Positions 11,001 to 22,283 of a stretch of 64,000 nucleotides of DNA are shown here, one piece after another. The position numbers and the translations under genes are program-made. The stretch is taken from positions 101,894-165,893 of IMG/VR virus record IMGVR_UViG_3300033074_001674; one strand, given 5' to 3'. The DNA is from a virus. Its lineage: Duplodnaviria; Caudoviricetes. The first letter of the stretch is position 1. The number at the start of each line of letters is the position of its first letter. The notes below the pieces were generated by a model. That model saw nothing but the letters and a program-made list of their open reading frames with translations, searched no databases and was not told the origin of the DNA.

Positions 11001-14000
11001 CTATGCAAATGGATTATAAAAATTACTTGGTAAAGTAACAGAAGGAACTGGCTGTAACTGATAGTTATGAGAAGGACATGCCGTTACACTATTGATACCG
11101 CTCGTAATTCCTATCAGAGTCCCTAAAATAGTAGAATCGATTCCATTATCTCCAGTTAAAACTCCATAAATTCTACTCTCCTCTATCCCGCTTACACCAA
11201 AGAGATAACCGTTAATCTCAGTTGGCAGCCAATAAATTCCACTTAGATAACCGTGGATTCCCGTTCCGGCAACATCGTGACCCTTACTATAAGCATACAC
11301 TGTTCCTTCATCTGCACCAGACAGCACGTATCCCAATATTTCAGAAGTGCCTCCAGGAGGTGCATGCACATATCCTTTAATTATCTGCTCGCCCGTCTCT
11401 CCTTTTACAATTCCCCATATCCAGTTAGTGCCATCTACGACATTTGATGTAGATGAGCTGCCTGCTCCTGGACCGCCGCCAACGCTACCGCCACCACTAG
11501 CAACCAAGCCCTCACTACCCAAGTAGCCAAGAATATTGCTTGTTGGAAGTTGCGCAAGAGCATAGCCAAATATATTGCCGCTAACGGGTGCCTTGGCAGC
11601 AACAAATCCATAAATCATTGGCTGATTTACAGAAAAGTAATCTGGAGAACCTTCCCACCCTTGCGTCATAGCATTGATTGTTGAAGTTAAGCCGCTCGTG
11701 GTCGATACAAAGCCATAAATTACCTGGGCACCATCGCCATGCTGCGCATTTACAAGCCCAAGTATATTGCTTGCAGGAGCCCCTCCGCTGCCACCAACAA
11801 CTCCTAAAATCGATGATGCTGCGTCGATTCCATAGACATAGCCTAAAATTCTTTGGTCACCAGAAACTTCTGGGTTTGTTACACCAGCATCTCCTATATC
11901 GCCAAAGCCTCTTAAATAACCAAGAATCGATGTGCCCCAATCTCCTTCTACGTAACCATAAATTTGAGATGGTCCAGAGCCAGTTGGAACAGAGACAAAG
12001 CCTTTTATATAACCTGTTGGATAAGTGGTTTCATCAACTCCACTAGTGGCATATACGAAGCCTAACACAGATGATTCGTAATTGCCAAGAACGACGCCAA
12101 AAATACTAGACATCACATCTGCCATAACAGAAGAATCTGTATATCCATATATGTTGGATATCGCGGTATCTTTACTGCCAGATGCATATCCGTATATTTC
12201 TGCATTTATATGCTTAGATTCAACAAAACCATTAATGTATCCTGTATCGTATGCTAAAGCTGTTTGGACATATCCCTGAATAGAGCCAGGCGGAGCTCCA
12301 GAAACACCATGGAGATTGTCTATCCACACTGCACCATAACAGAATGGATTGGTTGTTGGGCCTCTCTTATATGTCCATCTTAGTTTCCAATCTCCTGCAG
12401 CGAGATAATATCTGTATGGTTCCCAATCTTGTAAAATGCCGCTTCTTTGATATCTGATATATCCTGTAGGAGATGTTGCTGCTGCATATTCTCCTGCACT
12501 CGGATATCCGAGTGGGAATCCTGCATCTCCATCTCCTCCAGCAGTTGAATAGTGAGTTGAAAATGTCAATATATCATTAGGATGCATATCCCCGCGCATC
12601 ATAAAAGAAATATAATCGCCACTTCTAGATGCGCCAGTGTTATCGTAGTAATTTGGATATACAGATATATCTACCTCTAGAACTCCACTTGTATTGGGCG
12701 TATTCGCATTCTGTTCTTCAGTTGAAACCATGACAGAGAAGCCGTCATCATATCCGTTTCCTGCGTTAAACAAACTGAATATGCCACTAGGAACTTTTCC
12801 TTCATATTCATCTGGTCTAGCTACTCCAGGAATTTCATGAGACGTTGTATATTTTCCAGACGCAGCTATGCCCCATCTGAAATCTCCTCTAGTTATAAAA
12901 CCTGGTGGTAAAGTGCCTTTCTCGTGTCTAAATTTTTCAGTTCTTGGCAAACTTTGTCTTAATAGCCACCCATTATACTTGAATAGAGAAGATGTTTTTG
13001 AGTCAGTGGACGGCCTTACATGTCGTCCAAAAGAAGTATGTCCTTGGCCAAATATCTTAATATCTGTGGGGCTATTAAAATTGCTTGTGGGGGCAAATGC
13101 ATAATCCCATTCTAGAATTAAATACTTAGCTACACATGGCTTTACAAAAGTAAACATCGATTGATTTGATGGTGTTTGCCATCTTTGAGCTATTGGATAT
13201 GTAGCTGGGTCAGCGGCAAGACCTTTGACCATAAATGTAGTGTTTACTACTCCCGATGGTATTTTGCCCCAATCATAGTATGTAGCGTCATCTATTGAGC
13301 CAGATACCCTAATTGCTCCACAATCCCCTCCATTAGGAAATGTAGAGTTCATGGTTAAATCTAATCGTTCTAGCTTAATTGGTCGAGCAAATTCCAATTT
13401 TAGAAGTGAGCCGGACTGGACTACAGCAAAGCTTGATGTATTAGTGCTTAAGCTATCCAGCTCTGTATGTCCACCTATTTCCCATGGTGGATTAGTCGCT
13501 CCATCAAATAGGTTATGTGGATTTGTTATTTTGAATGTTTGAGCTATACCATTAAATATAGTCCCAGACGACCTGGTATAATCTATTAAATAATGTGGGA
13601 GCTTGAATCTATCTAGCGCGGCGGATGCTGTAGGGTCCCAAACAACAAGAGCAGAGCCGCTATCTGCAGTTGGAGGAGTTGTTACAGTAACAAGCCTCTC
13701 AAGCTTAGCAGGTGCTCCAGAAGTTGGCTGAGTGCAGTGTTTTAGGCATCTGAAATTTTCTATATGAGGAATGCCCCTGTTGCCCCCAGCTATATCTGAA
13801 CCAGGCTCTACTACGTATTGGTACCCAGACGGATAATTTTCTATATCACTCATCAGAAAACGAGTATAGTCTGCTGGAGGTTCTCTATTTCTTCCCAAGA
13901 ATCTTACTATATGCTCTCGTCCCCACTTATCTTCTTTTAGCATATAGAAGACAAAATCTCTATTTTCATTAAATGAAATATCTACTAATGAGCCAGATTC

Positions 14001-15050
14001 AGCAAGGTCAAATATGCCTGTTCTAGGAACAGATTCAGTAAATTGAACCCTATAGTTTACTGAGCTTTCTTGAAAAACTCCAGTTACGTGTCCAAGCTCA
14101 TCTATAATCTCACATCGTCTTCTAATGGCGTCTATGCCATAACCATGAGCCCCAAATTGATTTGTTGCCCCTGCGAATATGTCAATGTTCATTAGAACTT
14201 CTGGATGCTTTGTTGGGGCAGTAAATAGCATAAAATTAATGTAGCCTATACCGCTTGTCCACCCAGCGTTCTGCGTAGGCATTGCTCTAATATGACTAGA
14301 TAGCGATGATGTCTGAGCGAACTGTTCTCGTGTAAGCGAACCATCCCCGGGCTGATTCGACCCTGCAGATAAAACAGTCAGCAAATATCCAGGAGGTTCA
14401 GTTCCAGTTCCAGCCATGCCGACAAATGGACCAACACCATTTTCATTTGAGTCATATGTGTAGTCTGGATAGTCAGATGGGAACCCTGGAAAGAATGATA
14501 AACCAGACGGTGTGCCCTTAAAAGGCGTATGTAGTGTGAATATATTAACCTTTGTTCCAGACGCCTTTAAGAATATAGCAACCTTCGGACACGGATTCTC
14601 TGTATATGGAAATCCAAGGGATTCTGTTTGTTCTCCCTCCATTACTACCATGGAGCCGCAAATATCTCTAGCGTAAGGAGATGTGGCGTCTACATCAACA
14701 AATCCTTGAGGAGCATCTTCTCCAGATGTTTTTGTCCAAGTATTTCCGTTTTTACCAAGGAACTGGTAGCAGCCGCTACTATTATATCTGAAGAGACAGT
14801 GTACGTGGCCTCTTGGGTCCATAAATGTGTCGAAGTTCCAGTGTGTAGAGAAATCATCTACTGGAGCAACATCTACTGCAGGGCCCCAACTATTACCGCT
14901 ATCTGCTGAAGATTTGAATACTAGGGCATTGTTGCCTGTTACATATGCTAAGAATAGATTGCCATCATTTGGGTCTTGCCAGAAGCACCTGCCCCATTTA
15001 GGTAGATGAATTTTGTATGGTTCAAAATGAACTATGCTTCTGTATGTCAC
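11001..15050 (-). CDS. Putative tail fibre/adhesin
   Basis: 1349 aa; C-terminal third made of ~15-aa I-x-G-(Y/F)-V repeats. Confidence 0.55.
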   Translation of the reverse strand: MTYRSIVHFEPYKIHLPKWGRCFWQDPNDGNLFLAYVTGNNALVFKSSADSGNSWGPAVDVAPVDDFSTHWNFDTFMDPRGHVHCLFRYNSSGCYQFLGKNGNTWTKTSGEDAPQGFVDVDATSPYARDICGSMVVMEGEQTESLGFPYTENPCPKVAIFLKASGTKVNIFTLHTPFKGTPSGLSFFPGFPSDYPDYTYDSNENGVGPFVGMAGTGTEPPGYLLTVLSAGSNQPGDGSLTREQFAQTSSLSSHIRAMPTQNAGWTSGIGYINFMLFTAPTKHPEVLMNIDIFAGATNQFGAHGYGIDAIRRRCEIIDELGHVTGVFQESSVNYRVQFTESVPRTGIFDLAESGSLVDISFNENRDFVFYMLKEDKWGREHIVRFLGRNREPPADYTRFLMSDIENYPSGYQYVVEPGSDIAGGNRGIPHIENFRCLKHCTQPTSGAPAKLERLVTVTTPPTADSGSALVVWDPTASAALDRFKLPHYLIDYTRSSGTIFNGIAQTFKITNPHNLFDGATNPPWEIGGHTELDSLSTNTSSFAVVQSGSLLKLEFARPIKLERLDLTMNSTFPNGGDCGAIRVSGSIDDATYYDWGKIPSGVVNTTFMVKGLAADPATYPIAQRWQTPSNQSMFTFVKPCVAKYLILEWDYAFAPTSNFNSPTDIKIFGQGHTSFGRHVRPSTDSKTSSLFKYNGWLLRQSLPRTEKFRHEKGTLPPGFITRGDFRWGIAASGKYTTSHEIPGVARPDEYEGKVPSGIFSLFNAGNGYDDGFSVMVSTEEQNANTPNTSGVLEVDISVYPNYYDNTGASRSGDYISFMMRGDMHPNDILTFSTHYSTAGGDGDAGFPLGYPSAGEYAAATSPTGYIRYQRSGILQDWEPYRYYLAAGDWKLRWTYKRGPTTNPFCYGAVWIDNLHGVSGAPPGSIQGYVQTALAYDTGYINGFVESKHINAEIYGYASGSKDTAISNIYGYTDSSVMADVMSSIFGVVLGNYESSVLGFVYATSGVDETTYPTGYIKGFVSVPTGSGPSQIYGYVEGDWGTSILGYLRGFGDIGDAGVTNPEVSGDQRILGYVYGIDAASSILGVVGGSGGAPASNILGLVNAQHGDGAQVIYGFVSTTSGLTSTINAMTQGWEGSPDYFSVNQPMIYGFVAAKAPVSGNIFGYALAQLPTSNILGYLGSEGLVASGGGSVGGGPGAGSSSTSNVVDGTNWIWGIVKGETGEQIIKGYVHAPPGGTSEILGYVLSGADEGTVYAYSKGHDVAGTGIHGYLSGIYWLPTEINGYLFGVSGIEESRIYGVLTGDNGIDSTILGTLIGITSGINSVTACPSHNYQLQPVPSVTLPSNFYNPFA

Positions 15051-18000
15051 TTATTGCCGAGTTGGACCAATAAACGGCTGAGATGTGAGCGATTCTATAT
15101 CAAAAACACTAACCGCCGATGGGTCTCTCTCGCTTTCCTTTCTTAACAGTTTTAGAACTATTGTCTTAAGCCTTTCAGCTTCCGCCCTATTGCCACCAGC
15201 TATTTCAAGGAAGAGAGCATTAAGCTCCTCTGACGCATTGATTGTCTGGTCAAGCTTCGCCTGAACCTCAACTAGTATATTACTACCATTTACAGAGATT
15301 CCTTTATTAATTAATTCTTCTATTTTTTCAGATACAGGTTTAAGTGCTAAAACGGTCCTATCTAGGCTGGTGGCTTGAGCCTCAACTAGCCTATCTACAA
15401 GCTCTCTAGCTACATCTGGAGATAATTGAAGGTCTGGAACTTTAATTTCAAGTTTTGTTGGCTCTGAACTTCTCTGTGACGCTTCCTGATTTATAGACTT
15501 TAGTTGATTTAAACTTTCATTTAGATTTATAATTCCCTCACCTATCTTTGAAATTGACGCTGCTTGTTCATTCGCGAATTGTTTTGTTGCAGATGTTGTT
15601 TCTTTTTGAGCACCTGCGGATACCTGCTGGGGGTCTTGCAGAAGTGGTAGTTGCGGCAAAACTGTCAGTCTAGATATTGCATCAACTATCCTTGTCACAC
15701 CATCAGAATATTGGCTATTGGTCAGCACGTTTGACAGGTTAGGTGCAACATTGGCTAGCGCTGGTCCCAAAAGAGCTAGCGATTCATTAGCCCTAGATGA
15801 TATTAAGAGGGCATTTGTTAAATTTTCTTGTATTGATATTTGCTGATTTTCAGCACCAACTGCTCTAGCATCTTTAAGTTGTCTCACGGCTTCTTGTATT
15901 TCTGTTTGTATTTTTACTAATGCCTTTTCATCTCCAGCAGCTCCAGCTATTTTGTTTATAGATTCAGATATTTTTTCATCTATATTAGCGATATTGGCTA
16001 CTGCTTCTTGTGTTTTTGCTCCTCTTCCACCTAATGTTGCTAAGGCTATATTTCTAAATTCTTCTGGGCTAAAAGCTTTAGATAATCTAATATTTTGTTG
16101 TACTGCAGCTTCAATGCCTTGGGTTAATTTTTGAATTCCAGCAAAATTTAATTTGCCTTGAAGTTGTTTGATTCTATCAGAAATCAATCTAGCGGCAACT
16201 TCTGGGTCTTCTACATTTGCGGCATTTCTAAAAATACCTCTTGCACTTATGACATCTCTAATTTCTTTTATTGCAGTTTGTGGGTCATCTATTAATCTTT
16301 TAGCTCGTTCTGCCTCTATCGCAATAATATTTTTTTCGGCGTTAGCTCTATCTTGCAAAACATTGATTAAATCTCTTTCACTTTGAGCTTTAGCCTGCAC
16401 TCTTTTAATTTCTAAATCAACAACATCTTGTGCAATCTCAGCCCTAACATTAGCTTCGTTTACCAATTCCTCAATTGCGAATTTTCTAAATTGAGATTCT
16501 TCAGATGCCACATCAGAAGTATCACTAAGGACTCTTACTAGTTCCGCGGATATTTTAGATATCTCACCAATTAAAACTCCGCCAATATCTGACCCAAAGT
16601 CAAAGTTTCCGCCAATAGAATTCTCTATTGAATCACCTATGGCATTTGTTATCCTCTGCACAGCTAATGATGGACCTCGCAGAGGCCCTTCAGCGAATGG
16701 TCCAGCAGGAGTTAAATCTCCTCTAACTGGGATAGCTCTCAATAGAGATTGCCTTTGTAAGTCAAAATTTGATATAGTCTCATCTAATTTTGCAGGAATA
16801 ATCTCTAGAGATGCAGTTAGTGCATCCTTTATATCTTGTATAGACCTGTCTATACCAAATCTTATAGAGTTAGCTGTTTTTTTTCTAAAATCTTCTAGGT
16901 CTATTATTTGAATTCGTATTTCAGATTCTTTATCTAAGTTTTCAGAAATCTTCTTTTGAATTTCAAAAATATCTTTAAATCTATCTACGAACTCTTTGGC
17001 AGCACCTGACCAGGCAGATATTAATCTTTGCGAATCTTTTTGTGCTGCGGATTGAAGTCTTATTATTGCATCTGCACCAAGCTCGATTCCTTTTTGTGTT
17101 GTTGTGGCAATTTGCTCAGTTATCTTTTCAACTTCTTCTTTGAGAGCAACAACGCTTGCCGAGCTTCCTCCAATATCCTCCAATAGTTGAATCCTATCCT
17201 TTTTTGCTCCCAATTGTGAATTTAATGAGTTTAATTCATTTTGAATTTGCTGTCTATCGAAAGATATTTTTAATTCTTCAATTGCAAATTCACTTTGTGT
17301 TTGCTGCTTAAGTTGTTCAATCGCAACTCTTTGAGATAAAGCTATGCCTCTACTTAATCTTTCGCTTTCAGCCTTTGCCTTGACTATTTCTTTTTCGAAT
17401 CTTGCTGTTTCAGAAGCATTAAATCTCTCAATCTCACCAAGCGAAGATAATGTTTGTTGTAATGCAATTCTTTTTTGTCGTTGTCTAGCAATTAATGTTT
17501 CTGTTTGTAATCCTTTAGATTCTGCCTCTTGTATATCTACAGCAAGTAGCTCGAGTTCTTTAGTTAATTCAATAGAATGTAGTTTTGCTTTATTTTGATT
17601 ATCAATAGTCTTTAGTTCTTCTAAAGCTGCGGCGTTAATTCTTTCCCTCTCAAATGCGGCAGCTTTTTCTATTGTAGCAAGTTGCTGAGCCCTATCTTTT
17701 GCTTCTTTTGCTATTCTATCTGTAGCTGATTCGAATGTGCTAAAACCAGAAGCAATACCGGATATGGCTGCGCCAAGGACTGCACCTATTGCAGTGCCAA
17801 GTCCAGGAGCTATCGCTGAACCTATTGCTGCGCCTAATGTCCCTCCAAGAGTGCCGCCAGAAATACCGCTTTCTACACCTTCTCCAACGGCGGTTCCAAA
17901 CTTTTCGCCAACCTTTCTTCCAATTGGCTCAGAGAATAACAGTCCTGCAGTTACAGCAACCCCACCAATTGCTGCCCCCACCTGTCTCCTTGCTGCGCCA

Positions 18001-21000
18001 GAAAAACCCCCTATTATAGTTTTGCTTGCCTCAGCAGATATTTGTCTACGGATAGCTAATTCTCTAGAGAGCGTCCGTTCTTCATCCAACTCAAGAAGAT
18101 TAATTTTTCTTTGTATGGCCTCCATCTCTGCCGCAGATGATACTTCGCTCTTTTTAAGTATATTAAGCTGAGATTGTAGTGCTTGCTTTCTACTAACTAT
18201 TGCATTTTCTTCAATAGATATTTTTAGTAGCTCTTTTTCGAACTGAAGCGCTACTCTAGATGATATAGCGCCTTCTCTCTTGGCTACTGCAATTTGTTGT
18301 TGAGTAGAAGCTTCCTTTTTAGATGTAGATAGAAGAATCTGGCGACTCTGCTCACTAACTTGAGCCCCTAATGTTCCTGCAACGAATCCAGTTAGTGCAG
18401 TTCCTCCAAATTGTAAGGCTTTTGCAATACCAACTCCTGCCAAGGCAGTCAGAATTCCCTTTAGTACATTCGAACTTTCTGACAATTGAGAAACTAATCT
18501 AATGACAGCAGATAAAGAATTAACGCTTTGTGTTCCAAAATCAAGAATAGATTTGCGCAAATCATTAATGCCCTGGCTGTCGGCAAGTGCGACAAGAGAT
18601 GTTCTAAAGCGTCTAAAGGATGCATCTGTTCCTTCTGCAACAACTTGCGCGCCGCCAGAAAGAACTGTCAATTCCTCTATCGCTCTGGAGCCATCTTTGG
18701 TAGATTTTCTAACATCATCTAGTTCTGTTTTTAGCTGAGAATATGCGTTAGCCATAGAGAATATGCCGGCTATTTGGTCTCTATCAACTCCTAAATCTGC
18801 AAGTTGTCTCGCGGCCTCAGTTCTTCCTAAATCTTTAATTGCTTTTAGAAGCTCTTGAAATCCATCTATGCCAGATATAAGACCATCTTCATTAATAATT
18901 TCAATGCCACTTCTTTTTTCAATTTCCTTTCCAAACTGAACAGAAACGCTAGATAGTGTTTTAAGTAACGTTCCTAGCTGTGAAGCATTTCTTGTTCCAG
19001 CAATGCTGCTTATGGTCGCAGCAAATCTTGTTACCTCAGTAAAATCTGCTCCCTGCAAGGCTATAAATGATGGTAAAGCTCTGTTTACTACAGATACAAA
19101 ATCGTTGAAATTAAATCTAGCATTAGCGGCTTCTCTTGCTAGATTGGCTGCAAAGACAGCACTGTTTTCAAGGCTTCGAGCAAGTGTATCAGCATCAGGG
19201 GATGATTGTCTAATTGTTTGGAAAAGTCCCTCCACTATATCATCTGTATTTGCAGATTCCCCTTCAATTAGCTTAATAGCCTCAACCGCCTTTAAGAAAG
19301 GCGTTGCCACACCTCCCTCAAATGCAGCAGTTCCAACCTTTTCAGCAGCTAGTGCTGCGTCTTGTATAGCCTTAACCGCCAAGCCTGACCGCTGAGCTTC
19401 CTCAATCAGTCCGGTTATGTTTGCGCCAACCTTCTCCCTAATTAGGGATGTTGCCCTATCAAACGTAGCCACTCCTCCTTCAAGACCTCTAGAAGAAGTT
19501 TGGAAGAATGCTAATCTTCTTGCAGCAGTATCAACATCTTCTAATGTTCGTGCAGCTTCCTGAAGCGCTATTACTGCTCTAAACAAAAATGTAGATGGCG
19601 CTGCCCACGCCAACAATCTAGAAGCGGCATCAGAAGTTGCAAAACCAAATTGAAAAGCAGCCTTTGTTCCACTTCTCATGCTGCCAGTCAGCCTATCTAC
19701 AAGAGCAGTGCCTTTAGCTATGCTGCCATTGTGTGAGCGCATTGTAACATTTAGTTTTTTGAACGCCTCATCTTGTTGTCTAATTATCCTTATAAATTTT
19801 TGAGCTTGGTCGGATGGCAACGCAGATACTATGCCTGGAGCTTGTGCCAAACTAGTTAATTGTATCGCCCTTTTACCTTTGCCCTTTATATTCTGTTCTT
19901 GGAGTTGTTGATTTATAGCCCGTAATTTTTGTCTTTCAAGTGCTTCAGATTGTTCTTGTATAGAAATAATCCTTCTTCTTAAATCACCCTCCTTTTTTGC
20001 CAATACAAGGTCTTGTTCTATCTCGCGATTTGTCTCTTTTCTAATAGCTTCGGCTTCTCTTGTGGCATCAGATTTGCGTTTTTCTTCAGCTCTTATTCTT
20101 TTATTTTCATCTTGACGTAGAATCCTATCTGTTTCTTCTCTAATTGCCTGGGCCTCTTTAATTCTGGCAGCAGCCACATCTTTGCGTGCATTTTCCTCAG
20201 CAATCCTTTCTTTTTCTATTGCTACTGCTTCTTTAACTCTAGAATTCCTAGTTCGGTCAATCGCCTCAGAGGCTTTTCTCGCACCTGCTAGTGCCGCTTT
20301 TTCTTCTTTAAGTCGCTCATTTTCTATTGCTGCGGCCTCGGCTAATCTGGCAACTCTTTCCTTGTCCAGCTTAATGAATCTTCTGTCAGCTTCTCTCTGA
20401 AGCTCCCTATCAGTTTCCTCTTTAATCGCCTGAGCTTGTTTTAATCTCTCGTTTCTTACTCTATCTATTGCGTCAGATTCTTCTTTGGCTAACCTAAATC
20501 TCTTTTTTGTTTCAGCCTCGAATTCTTTAGCGGTCTCTTGTTCGATTAGAGAAGCTTCTTTTAATCTCTTGTTCCTGATATCATCTATTGATTTGGATTT
20601 CTTATCTGCAGCTCTTTGTAAAATTTTACTTGTTTCTTCTTGAATTAGAGCGGCCTGCTGCTCTCTGAATCTGCGCAAATTATCAATAGCATCAGATTCT
20701 TTCTTTGCTATCTTAATTTTATCTTTAAGTACACGCTCTTCTTCTTTTCTTGAGCTTTCTAATTTTTTAAGAGATTCTTCTGCCACATCTGATGATAGCT
20801 TCTTAAACGAAGCTTCAACTTTTAATCTCGCTCTAACAATTACTGAATTTAGAGCATCTAGAGATGATTGAATTTTAGTAGGGTCATCTATAGTCAATCT
20901 AGCTATTTCTTGAGCTTCAACTGCAATTTGTCCAGCAAGCTTATCAAATTGGGCCAAAGCTTTTTGTAAAGATTGACCTGCGGCAATGGCACTTGCAGCT

Positions 21001-21533
21001 ATTTCCTCTGGAATGAATTTCTTAAAACGCTCCGCTATCTCTATATTAGTCCTACCGACAACAGATTTTAATACATCAAAAGCCTTTCTGCTGTCAGCGA
21101 TTTGAGACTTTAATCTATCAAATTCCTTTTTGTCGGAATCTATAGATGTCTCTGTTTTTTTAATCTGTTTTTCTAAACTTCTAACCTGTTGAGCTGTAGA
21201 ATCTGCAGCATCCAATAATCCTTCAAGCTCAGCATTAAGTCTATCAAGTCTAGATGTGCCATCAATAAGCTTTACGGCCTGTTTTGACATTGCCGACTGT
21301 AAATTTTGAGTTTCTTGGTTTAATTTATTCAATATTTGTTTTTGGCCCTGTAGTCTTTCTGCAGGTGCCGAACCAAAAGTGCTCGCCAAAGCAGTAGACA
21401 CTTTTGTTCCATCTATCTTAGGAGTAATATTTACCCCAGCAGCCCTAAGCTCGTTCTCTATTTGTTTTTTAATATTGCGTAAAGATTGAGGATTAATCTC
21501 AAGGCCAACGCTAAATTTAACATCGTCTGCCAA
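15051..21533 (-). CDS. Tape measure protein
   Basis: 2160 aa, helical Ala/Glu-rich with a Gly-rich hydrophobic segment; follows tail tube and chaperones. Confidence 0.85.
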   Translation of the reverse strand: MADDVKFSVGLEINPQSLRNIKKQIENELRAAGVNITPKIDGTKVSTALASTFGSAPAERLQGQKQILNKLNQETQNLQSAMSKQAVKLIDGTSRLDRLNAELEGLLDAADSTAQQVRSLEKQIKKTETSIDSDKKEFDRLKSQIADSRKAFDVLKSVVGRTNIEIAERFKKFIPEEIAASAIAAGQSLQKALAQFDKLAGQIAVEAQEIARLTIDDPTKIQSSLDALNSVIVRARLKVEASFKKLSSDVAEESLKKLESSRKEEERVLKDKIKIAKKESDAIDNLRRFREQQAALIQEETSKILQRAADKKSKSIDDIRNKRLKEASLIEQETAKEFEAETKKRFRLAKEESDAIDRVRNERLKQAQAIKEETDRELQREADRRFIKLDKERVARLAEAAAIENERLKEEKAALAGARKASEAIDRTRNSRVKEAVAIEKERIAEENARKDVAAARIKEAQAIREETDRILRQDENKRIRAEEKRKSDATREAEAIRKETNREIEQDLVLAKKEGDLRRRIISIQEQSEALERQKLRAINQQLQEQNIKGKGKRAIQLTSLAQAPGIVSALPSDQAQKFIRIIRQQDEAFKKLNVTMRSHNGSIAKGTALVDRLTGSMRSGTKAAFQFGFATSDAASRLLAWAAPSTFLFRAVIALQEAARTLEDVDTAARRLAFFQTSSRGLEGGVATFDRATSLIREKVGANITGLIEEAQRSGLAVKAIQDAALAAEKVGTAAFEGGVATPFLKAVEAIKLIEGESANTDDIVEGLFQTIRQSSPDADTLARSLENSAVFAANLAREAANARFNFNDFVSVVNRALPSFIALQGADFTEVTRFAATISSIAGTRNASQLGTLLKTLSSVSVQFGKEIEKRSGIEIINEDGLISGIDGFQELLKAIKDLGRTEAARQLADLGVDRDQIAGIFSMANAYSQLKTELDDVRKSTKDGSRAIEELTVLSGGAQVVAEGTDASFRRFRTSLVALADSQGINDLRKSILDFGTQSVNSLSAVIRLVSQLSESSNVLKGILTALAGVGIAKALQFGGTALTGFVAGTLGAQVSEQSRQILLSTSKKEASTQQQIAVAKREGAISSRVALQFEKELLKISIEENAIVSRKQALQSQLNILKKSEVSSAAEMEAIQRKINLLELDEERTLSRELAIRRQISAEASKTIIGGFSGAARRQVGAAIGGVAVTAGLLFSEPIGRKVGEKFGTAVGEGVESGISGGTLGGTLGAAIGSAIAPGLGTAIGAVLGAAISGIASGFSTFESATDRIAKEAKDRAQQLATIEKAAAFERERINAAALEELKTIDNQNKAKLHSIELTKELELLAVDIQEAESKGLQTETLIARQRQKRIALQQTLSSLGEIERFNASETARFEKEIVKAKAESERLSRGIALSQRVAIEQLKQQTQSEFAIEELKISFDRQQIQNELNSLNSQLGAKKDRIQLLEDIGGSSASVVALKEEVEKITEQIATTTQKGIELGADAIIRLQSAAQKDSQRLISAWSGAAKEFVDRFKDIFEIQKKISENLDKESEIRIQIIDLEDFRKKTANSIRFGIDRSIQDIKDALTASLEIIPAKLDETISNFDLQRQSLLRAIPVRGDLTPAGPFAEGPLRGPSLAVQRITNAIGDSIENSIGGNFDFGSDIGGVLIGEISKISAELVRVLSDTSDVASEESQFRKFAIEELVNEANVRAEIAQDVVDLEIKRVQAKAQSERDLINVLQDRANAEKNIIAIEAERAKRLIDDPQTAIKEIRDVISARGIFRNAANVEDPEVAARLISDRIKQLQGKLNFAGIQKLTQGIEAAVQQNIRLSKAFSPEEFRNIALATLGGRGAKTQEAVANIANIDEKISESINKIAGAAGDEKALVKIQTEIQEAVRQLKDARAVGAENQQISIQENLTNALLISSRANESLALLGPALANVAPNLSNVLTNSQYSDGVTRIVDAISRLTVLPQLPLLQDPQQVSAGAQKETTSATKQFANEQAASISKIGEGIINLNESLNQLKSINQEASQRSSEPTKLEIKVPDLQLSPDVARELVDRLVEAQATSLDRTVLALKPVSEKIEELINKGISVNGSNILVEVQAKLDQTINASEELNALFLEIAGGNRAEAERLKTIVLKLLRKESERDPSAVSVFDIESLTSQPFIGPTRQ

Positions 21534-21547
21534 TTATTGCTCCTATT

Positions 21548-21589
21548 AAAAAGGCCATGGATAGTTATAAATTACTATTCATGGCCTTT
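21548..21589 (-). terminator. Intrinsic terminator-like hairpin (possibly bidirectional)
   Basis: AAAGGCCATGGATAGT...ACTATTCATGGCCTTT inverted repeat with flanking A/T runs. Confidence 0.7.
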
Positions 21590-21611
21590 ATTACCCTATT
21601 TTATTAATACA

Positions 21612-22283
21612 CTATGTATTTTGTGCTTTTCTGGACCGCTTCTTTGGTGAAGCGCTGACGGGTTGCGACTTCTGCATACTGTCTAACCACAAATCTTCAG
21701 GATATTCTTTATTTAAACCTTCTGGTAAATCCCTTCCTAGCGCTAACTCATAATTTACAATAACTGCCTGACGATAACAATCTAATGACAATATATCGTC
21801 AAACTTCTTTCTAAAATCTTCAATATCCTTAAAAACTTTCCGCATGCCATCTTTAAAATAAGAGCATTCTGCGGCATAGAATTGTATTCTAACCTCGGAT
21901 GCTACAGATTCGGCTGTATTGTTGTTTATAGTTGAATAAATAGAAGTAAGTGAATCTAAGTCATCTCTTAGGGACTTTAATTTAATCCTATTAATAGTTC
22001 CATCATCAAAATTAAAGGAATTATCTCTAAATAAAGTCTCCAATTCTGAGATTTGCTTTCTTAGAGATAATTCCTGCTCATCAAGCTCATGTGTCCAAAT
22101 ATTCCTATCTTTTAGCAACTTAGACGCTTCTGCATTTGTAAGAAGTCCCTCTCTAATTGCTTCAGAGAAATATTTGCGGAATATAAAATCTCCACGCATT
22201 ATTTGAGACTGGCTGGGTCTTTTAAAGACTAAATCAATTTTATTGCCATCCTTGTCCATCGAAGAAAATTCCCTATCCTTCAC
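21612..22283 (-). CDS. Putative tail assembly chaperone
   Basis: GGAGG then GTG at 22283; lies between tail tube and tape measure. Confidence 0.55.
   Translation of the reverse strand: MKDREFSSMDKDGNKIDLVFKRPSQSQIMRGDFIFRKYFSEAIREGLLTNAEASKLLKDRNIWTHELDEQELSLRKQISELETLFRDNSFNFDDGTINRIKLKSLRDDLDSLTSIYSTINNNTAESVASEVRIQFYAAECSYFKDGMRKVFKDIEDFRKKFDDILSLDCYRQAVIVNYELALGRDLPEGLNKEYPEDLWLDSMQKSQPVSASPKKRSRKAQNT

Noticed and set aside
15952-20400. Plus-strand ORFs within the tape measure and other structural genes
   Set aside because: Antisense in-frame shadows with Ser/Leu/Phe-rich composition.
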